A DNA stretch of 52,077 nt from Terriglobia bacterium (GTDB lineage: Bacteria > Acidobacteriota > Terriglobia > UBA7540): the NCBI GenBank assembly GCA_035528275.1, contig DATKYV010000010.1, positions 1-52,077 of the forward strand. Direction: 5' to 3'. This document shows, one piece after another, positions 47,010 through 52,077 of this stretch (position 1 is its first letter; each line of letters starts with the position of its first letter). Under the pieces are notes generated by a model. The model made no database searches and was not told where the DNA came from. It worked only from the letters and a program-made list of their open reading frames with translations. The position numbers and the translations under genes are program-made.

Positions 47010-47208
47010 TCCTCAGCGGAACTCTGAGGCGGTGAGCCGAGTCGGGCGGGCAAAAGCACGTTATGATACACTTGATTTTTCGGGGGCTGCAAGAATCGGA
47101 CCCCACAGCGAGGGACAGGTGGCCGGGCGGCGCAGACGGCCGTGTGACCTGCTCATCGGCTGTCGCATCGAATAAACCCATGACGCGAGTTGGAGGGAGC
47201 GGCGGAAG

Positions 47209-47934
47209 GTGACACAGGGACTCAGCATTCCCCTGGCTTTTGTGGCGGGCGTGGTCTCGTTCCTCTCACCGTGCGTTCTGCCGCTGGTTCCGGGTTACAT
47301 TTCAATGCTTTCCGGAGCTTCGATGGAGGAGTTGAAAGCCGGAGCGGGCGGGGAGTTGGTGGGCCGCATCTTCCGCAATTCGGTGGCCTTCGTCATCGGG
47401 TTCTCGGTGGTCTTCATCATCCTGGGAGCCTCGGCCACCTGGGTGGGCAAATTCCTGCTGGCCCAGCGAACGATATTCAACGTTGTGGCGGGGATTATCA
47501 TCATCGTCTTTGGATTGCACCTCACCGGACTGATCAGAATCCCCTTCCTCTATCGTGAAGCGAGGATGAATACGGGCGCGCCGCGGCGAGGCCTGCTGGG
47601 TTCTTTCGTGCTGGGATTCGCTTTCGCGTTCGGCTGGACGCCATGCATCGGTCCGATTCTCACGGCGATTCTGAGTCTGGCGGCCATCCGCGAGACCGTC
47701 TTCCAGGGAATGTTTCTGCTGGCAGTCTACTCGGCGGGCCTGGCGATTCCGTTTCTGCTCACCGGCCTGGGCCTCAGCCAGTTCATGAAATTCTACGGTG
47801 GATTCAGGAAGCACCTGCAGGTGGTGGAAGTGATCTCCGGCGTTCTGCTCATCGGCATCGGCGTGCTGATGGCATTCAACAAGTTCACCATCCTTTCCGG
47901 TTATTTTGGCTTCCTGAACCGGTTCACCCTGTAA
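47209..47934 (+). CDS. ccdA: cytochrome c biogenesis thiol-disulfide transporter CcdA
   Basis: GTG start; FLSPCVLPLVPGYISMLSG and GWTPCIGPIL motifs. Confidence 0.9.
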   Translation: MTQGLSIPLAFVAGVVSFLSPCVLPLVPGYISMLSGASMEELKAGAGGELVGRIFRNSVAFVIGFSVVFIILGASATWVGKFLLAQRTIFNVVAGIIIIVFGLHLTGLIRIPFLYREARMNTGAPRRGLLGSFVLGFAFAFGWTPCIGPILTAILSLAAIRETVFQGMFLLAVYSAGLAIPFLLTGLGLSQFMKFYGGFRKHLQVVEVISGVLLIGIGVLMAFNKFTILSGYFGFLNRFTL

Positions 47935-47943
47935 GGAGAAGGG

Positions 47944-48777
47944 TTGCATCCTGTCCTCTTTCGTATCGGGTCTTTCGCGCTGCCCACGTACGGCCTGCTG
48001 ATGGTCGCGGCCCTGGTGGTGGCCTTCTATACGGTGCTCCGGTTGGGGAAGCGAGAGGGATTTGATTCCAACCGGCTGTTCGATTTCAGCACCTGGCTGA
48101 TTGTGGTGTCGTTGGTGGGAGCCAAAGTGCTGTTGATCTTGACGGGTTGGACGTACTACTGGAAAAACCCCGGGGAGATTGTGAGCTGGGCGACGTTCCA
48201 GGCGGGTGGGGTCTTTTACGGAGGCTTCATTGCCGCTGTCTTGTTCGCCATATGGTACGTCCGCGTGCACCGGCTACCCATGTGGAAGGTGTTCGACGTC
48301 TATGTGCCCGCCGTGGCCCTCGGCCTGAGCGTCGGGCGATTGGGATGCTTTGCGGCGGGGTGTGATTACGGCAAGCCGACCGATTCCTTCCTCGGCGTCG
48401 TCTTCACGAATCCGTGGAGCCACCAGGTGACCGGCGTGCCGCTGGGCATTCCATTACATCCCACGCAGCTCTACGAATCGGCGGTATCTCTGCTGATTTT
48501 CGGGATTCTCATCTGGTGGTTCCGGCGCAAGAGCTACGACGGGCAGCTGTTCGTGCTCTACCTTGCCCTTTACGCCGTAGCTCGATTCTTTCTCGAGTAT
48601 TTGCGGGGCGACGAGGACCGCGGATTCGTTTTCAATCATATGTTTTCGACCTCGCAGTTCATCGCCCTGCTGGCGCTGGCCTCAGCCGCGGGGCTGACGG
48701 TCTATTTCCATCGGCGCCGCGGCGAGGCTGAACTCGCCCCGCAGGGCGAGCCGGCCCCGAAACGCGCGCGAGGCTGA
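47944..48777 (+). CDS. lgt: prolipoprotein diacylglyceryl transferase
   Basis: TTG start; FALPTYGLLMVAALV..., GRLGCFAAGCDYG, and LHPTQLYES. Confidence 0.9.
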   Translation: MHPVLFRIGSFALPTYGLLMVAALVVAFYTVLRLGKREGFDSNRLFDFSTWLIVVSLVGAKVLLILTGWTYYWKNPGEIVSWATFQAGGVFYGGFIAAVLFAIWYVRVHRLPMWKVFDVYVPAVALGLSVGRLGCFAAGCDYGKPTDSFLGVVFTNPWSHQVTGVPLGIPLHPTQLYESAVSLLIFGILIWWFRRKSYDGQLFVLYLALYAVARFFLEYLRGDEDRGFVFNHMFSTSQFIALLALASAAGLTVYFHRRRGEAELAPQGEPAPKRARG

Positions 48778-48815
48778 AATCTCCTGGGGTGTGTTCCGGC
48801 AAGGAAAGGAGTCAC

Positions 48816-49643
48816 GTGAAGAGGGGTAAAGTCTTGGTGGGTGCCTTCCTGGCGATTCTGGCCGTGGCGGGTCTCTACCTCATCAACCGCTACTGGATCG
48901 CCCCCGCAACGAGCCGCTCCGTGAAGACTACTGGGGATCATCCGATGTCTCCGGCGTTCTCATTGACTGACCTCAACGGGCGGAATCTGGAGCTGGCGAG
49001 CTACAAAGGCAAAGTCGTTTTGCTCGATTTTTGGGCGACCTGGTGTGGGCCGTGCCGCATTGAGATTCCCGGATTCGTGGGTCTCCAGGATCGTTACCGC
49101 GAAGAGGGGCTGGCGGTGATCGGAATCTCCTTGGACGACAGCCCGGAGCCGGTGCGGGAGTTCTACCGCGAGTACAAAATGAACTACCCCGTGGCCATGG
49201 GCGACGAGAAGGTGTCGGAGCTGTTCGGTGGAATCCTCGGCCTTCCGACCGCCTTTCTGATCGGCCGCGACGGGAGAATTTATTCCAAGCACATCGGGGC
49301 GACGGACATTTCCGTTTTTGAAGAGGAAATCAAGGAGTTGCTGGCCGCGGAGTCCGCGCAGGAGGCGGCGTCATTCAAACCCGCGGCGCGCGCCCGGCCT
49401 TCGGGAAAGATCGAGCTCGGTGACCCGGCGGAAGTCGATTCCGAAGTCCCCGGTGTGAATCTTTCCAAGCTGACCCCCCAACAAGTGGCGGCTTTCAAAA
49501 AGCACCTCGAAACCATGCAGTGCGACTGTGGATGCAAGTTGAATCTGCTGAAGTGCCGCCTCGACGACCGCTCCTGCGGCGTCAGCCGGCGGCTTGCCCG
49601 TCAAGAGTTGGAAAGGTTCATGAGCGGGACGGCCAAGCTCTGA
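48816..49643 (+). CDS. TlpA/ResA-like thiol:disulfide oxidoreductase with a C-terminal Cys-rich extension
   Basis: The GTG at 48816 follows GGAAAGGAG. TM anchor, VVLLDFWATWCGPC, and C-terminal QCDCGCKLNLLKCRLDDRSCGVS. Confidence 0.85.
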   Translation: MKRGKVLVGAFLAILAVAGLYLINRYWIAPATSRSVKTTGDHPMSPAFSLTDLNGRNLELASYKGKVVLLDFWATWCGPCRIEIPGFVGLQDRYREEGLAVIGISLDDSPEPVREFYREYKMNYPVAMGDEKVSELFGGILGLPTAFLIGRDGRIYSKHIGATDISVFEEEIKELLAAESAQEAASFKPAARARPSGKIELGDPAEVDSEVPGVNLSKLTPQQVAAFKKHLETMQCDCGCKLNLLKCRLDDRSCGVSRRLARQELERFMSGTAKL

Positions 49644-49726
49644 CTGGCGATGGGTTTTGACATCCAAATCCGGACAGATCAGTGGAGCGGATCAGAAGCT
49701 GGCTTGCATAAGCTTGCTCGAGTGAT

Positions 49727-51292
49727 ATGCGAAATTCCCGCCGCAGCTTTCTAAGAACCTCCGGCTTGATGCTCGCCGCCGGCGCGCTGCCCTCATGGAT
49801 TCACGAACTTGAGGCGGCGGAAGCCGCGGCTGTGGATAAGGACAAGCTCGCGGACCTTGCCCTGTCCACGGCGAAGAGTCTGGGGGCAAGCTACGCCGAC
49901 ATTCGCATCAATCGGTATCGTGTGGAGTACATCAGCACGCGCGAGAAGCAGGTCCAGCAGGTCGGGCGCTATCAGAGCTTCGGGTTTGGAGTCCGCGTCC
50001 TGGTGAACGGCTCCTGGGGTTTCGCGGCGAGCCGCGACGTGGCTCTCGAGGAGGTTGAACGGGCCACGCATCGGGCGGTGGAGATCGCGCGCGCCAATGC
50101 GGCCTTTCAGACGAAGCCCATTCGATTGGCGCCAGCGAAGAAGGCGACGGCCCACTGGAAAGGTAACTTCCGGCAAGACCCCTTTGAAATTCCGATCGAC
50201 AAGAAAACTGAGTTTCTGCTGAAGATCAACGAAACGGCTCTGAAAGTGAAGGGCGTGAGTTTCGTCGATTCGTCGGCCTACTTCTTCAACGAGCAGAAGT
50301 TCTTCGCTTCAACCGACGACGTGCGAGTCGAACAATACCTTATCCGCAGCGCCCCGTTTTTCAATGTCACGGCCGTCGACGCGGCAAAGGGGGATTTCCA
50401 GGAACGCGCGTCTCTGGGCGCACCGCAATCGGTGGGCTACGAATACCTGGAGGAATACCCCTGGCTGGAAGAGGCCGAACAGGCCGGACACGAAGCCGTG
50501 GAGAAGTTGAAGGCCAAGCCGGTTGAACCCGGCGCATACGATCTGGTCCTCGATCCCACCCACCTCTGGCTGACCATTCATGAAAGCGTGGGGCATTCGA
50601 CGGAGCTCGATCGCGCCCTCGGTTGGGAAGCCGATTTCGCGGGCACCAGCTTCCTGACGCCGGAAAAGACCGGGAAGTTCCGCTTTGGCTCGAAGATCGT
50701 GAATTTCTTTGCCGACCGTACCCAACCCACCGGCCTCGCCACCGTCGGGTATGACGATGATGGCGTTCCCGCGCAGCGCTGGTACCTGGTGAAGGACGGC
50801 GTGTTTGTCGATTGGCAGACGACTCGCGAGTTGGCTCCGCTGATCGGGCGCGAGACTTCTTATGGCTGCACGCATGCGGACAGTTGGGGAAGCGTGGCCT
50901 TCGCGCGCATGCCGAACATCTCTCTGGAGCCGTCGAAGGAGAACGTCTCTCTCGATGACCTCCTCGCGGACGTGAAGAAGGGCGTCCTGATTTACGGCAA
51001 CGGCAGTTTTTCCATCGACCAGCAGCGCTACAACTCTCAGTTCGGTGGACAGACGTTTTGGGAAATCAAGGACGGCAAGCGCGGCGCCATGCTGCGCGAC
51101 GTGGCCTACCAGTCGCGAACCCCCGACTTCTGGGGGGCCTGCGACGCTCTGGGCGGGGTCGCGACCTACGCTCTGGGCGGCGCCCTCAACGACGGGAAAG
51201 GCGAGCCCATGCAATCCAACGCCGTCAGCCACGGCTGCCCGGTGGCGCGTTTTCGCGGCATCAATGTTCTGAATACCGGGACGAAGGGTTGA
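49727..51292 (+). CDS. tldD: TldD-family metallopeptidase with a Tat signal
   Basis: MRNSRRSFLRTSGLMLAAGALP (twin-arginine), FGFGVRVLVNGSWGFA, and HESVGHSTELD (HExxxH). Confidence 0.88.
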   Translation: MRNSRRSFLRTSGLMLAAGALPSWIHELEAAEAAAVDKDKLADLALSTAKSLGASYADIRINRYRVEYISTREKQVQQVGRYQSFGFGVRVLVNGSWGFAASRDVALEEVERATHRAVEIARANAAFQTKPIRLAPAKKATAHWKGNFRQDPFEIPIDKKTEFLLKINETALKVKGVSFVDSSAYFFNEQKFFASTDDVRVEQYLIRSAPFFNVTAVDAAKGDFQERASLGAPQSVGYEYLEEYPWLEEAEQAGHEAVEKLKAKPVEPGAYDLVLDPTHLWLTIHESVGHSTELDRALGWEADFAGTSFLTPEKTGKFRFGSKIVNFFADRTQPTGLATVGYDDDGVPAQRWYLVKDGVFVDWQTTRELAPLIGRETSYGCTHADSWGSVAFARMPNISLEPSKENVSLDDLLADVKKGVLIYGNGSFSIDQQRYNSQFGGQTFWEIKDGKRGAMLRDVAYQSRTPDFWGACDALGGVATYALGGALNDGKGEPMQSNAVSHGCPVARFRGINVLNTGTKG

Positions 51293-51310
51293 AGACCGCA
51301 GGAGAATCGG

Positions 51311-52077
51311 ATGTTGCTCAGCGAGAAAGAAGCTAAAACCCTCTGCGGGAAAGTCCTGGAAAGCGTCAAGGCGGATGACGCCGAGGTCCTCGTCCAGAGT
51401 GAGGACTATTCACAGCTTCGATTTGCGGCCAACAACTTCACCACCAACGGGCGGCGCGAGGATATGGAAGTTAACGTCACCGTCTGGATGGATGGGAAAA
51501 AGGGCTCGGCCTCGAGCAATGAAACCGACGATGCGTCGCTCGTGAAGGTTGTTCGTCAGGCGGAGTCGGTGGCGGGCATTTCGCCAGTGGACCCGGAGTA
51601 TCTTCCCACGCTCGGTGCGCGGAAATACAAGCCCGTCGGGGGCTACGTCGAAGCCACTGCGGACCCCGACCCGACGGCGCGTGCCCGGACCATTCACAAA
51701 ATCATCGCTTCGTGTGAAGAGGCGGACGTCACAGGGGCCGGATTCCATCAGGCGCGCGGCGAGGTGGAAGCGGCGGCGAGCAAGCACAGCAATTTCCGTC
51801 ATTACCGCCGGAGCTTGGCGAGCCTTTCGCTCACGGCGCGCACGCCGGATGGTGGTGGCTCCGGCTACTTCTTGCGCAATCACTTCGACGCGTCGAAGCT
51901 CGACACCGAGCGCATCACCCGTGAGGCGATTCAAAAGGCGCTCCGTTCGCGCCAAGCGAAAACCCTGGATCCGGGGACCTACACCGTCATTCTGGAGCCG
52001 CAGGCGGTGGCGGATCTCCTGGGCTATTACGCCACGCTTGCCTTCGATGCCCGCAGCGCCGACGAAGGCCGCAGTCC
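51311..52077 (+). CDS. PmbA/TldE-family partner protein, N-terminal part (runs off the window)
   Basis: MLLSEKEAKTLCGKVLESVKADDAEVLVQSEDYSQLRFAANNFTTNG... is typical of the PmbA N-terminus. No signal peptide visible. Confidence 0.8.
   Translation, partial: MLLSEKEAKTLCGKVLESVKADDAEVLVQSEDYSQLRFAANNFTTNGRREDMEVNVTVWMDGKKGSASSNETDDASLVKVVRQAESVAGISPVDPEYLPTLGARKYKPVGGYVEATADPDPTARARTIHKIIASCEEADVTGAGFHQARGEVEAAASKHSNFRHYRRSLASLSLTARTPDGGGSGYFLRNHFDASKLDTERITREAIQKALRSRQAKTLDPGTYTVILEPQAVADLLGYYATLAFDARSADEGRS

Overview
High-GC bacterial chromosomal window. The gene content (PEGA, TonB, DUF4139, Tat-signal TldD, carboxypeptidase-regulatory-like domains) suggests Acidobacteriota, but that is inference only. 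All calls come from reading translations and motifs by eye; no database search was possible. Most of the window is housekeeping or ordinary accessory genes: gltB (5' part, missing from the ORF track because it has a TTG start and no stop in the window), queA, an RlmI-like methyltransferase, a Gfo/Idh/MocA oxidoreductase, a PIG-L deacetylase, M48 peptidase with TonB, cfa, a GH172/DUF2961 protein, a PflX-like radical SAM protein, an alpha/beta hydrolase, an M20 amidohydrolase, korAB, an APC permease, a HAD hydrolase, ccdA-lgt-tlpA, and a TldD/PmbA pair. The clearly accessory part is about 3.3-12.0 kb. It starts with a promoter carrying a perfect 20-bp palindrome, followed by a DUF134/zinc-ribbon/NifX-like fusion gene and a ZIP metal transporter. 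Next comes a nine-gene minus-strand operon headed by an ArsR with a CVC motif. It is packed with cysteine-rich, thioredoxin-fold, DsbD-like and ferredoxin-like proteins and ends in OsmC. Divergent from it is a second arsR-acr3 module that ends in a decayed arsC. I regard the ArsR-headed redox operon, together with a shared ATATGCTYA operator-like motif at three promoters, as the best candidate for an undescribed metalloid or metal-responsive system. Other points worth a second look are an orphan intrinsic terminator that may mark a small RNA or leader next to gltB, five decayed or frameshifted genes, a radical SAM enzyme with a Tat-like N-terminus, a PilZ protein with 49-residue repeats, and a Tat-signal TldD paired with a signal-less PmbA. 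I found no tRNA, rRNA, CRISPR array, transposase or integrase. Many long ORFs in the track are antisense or out-of-frame shadows typical of high-GC DNA and were rejected.
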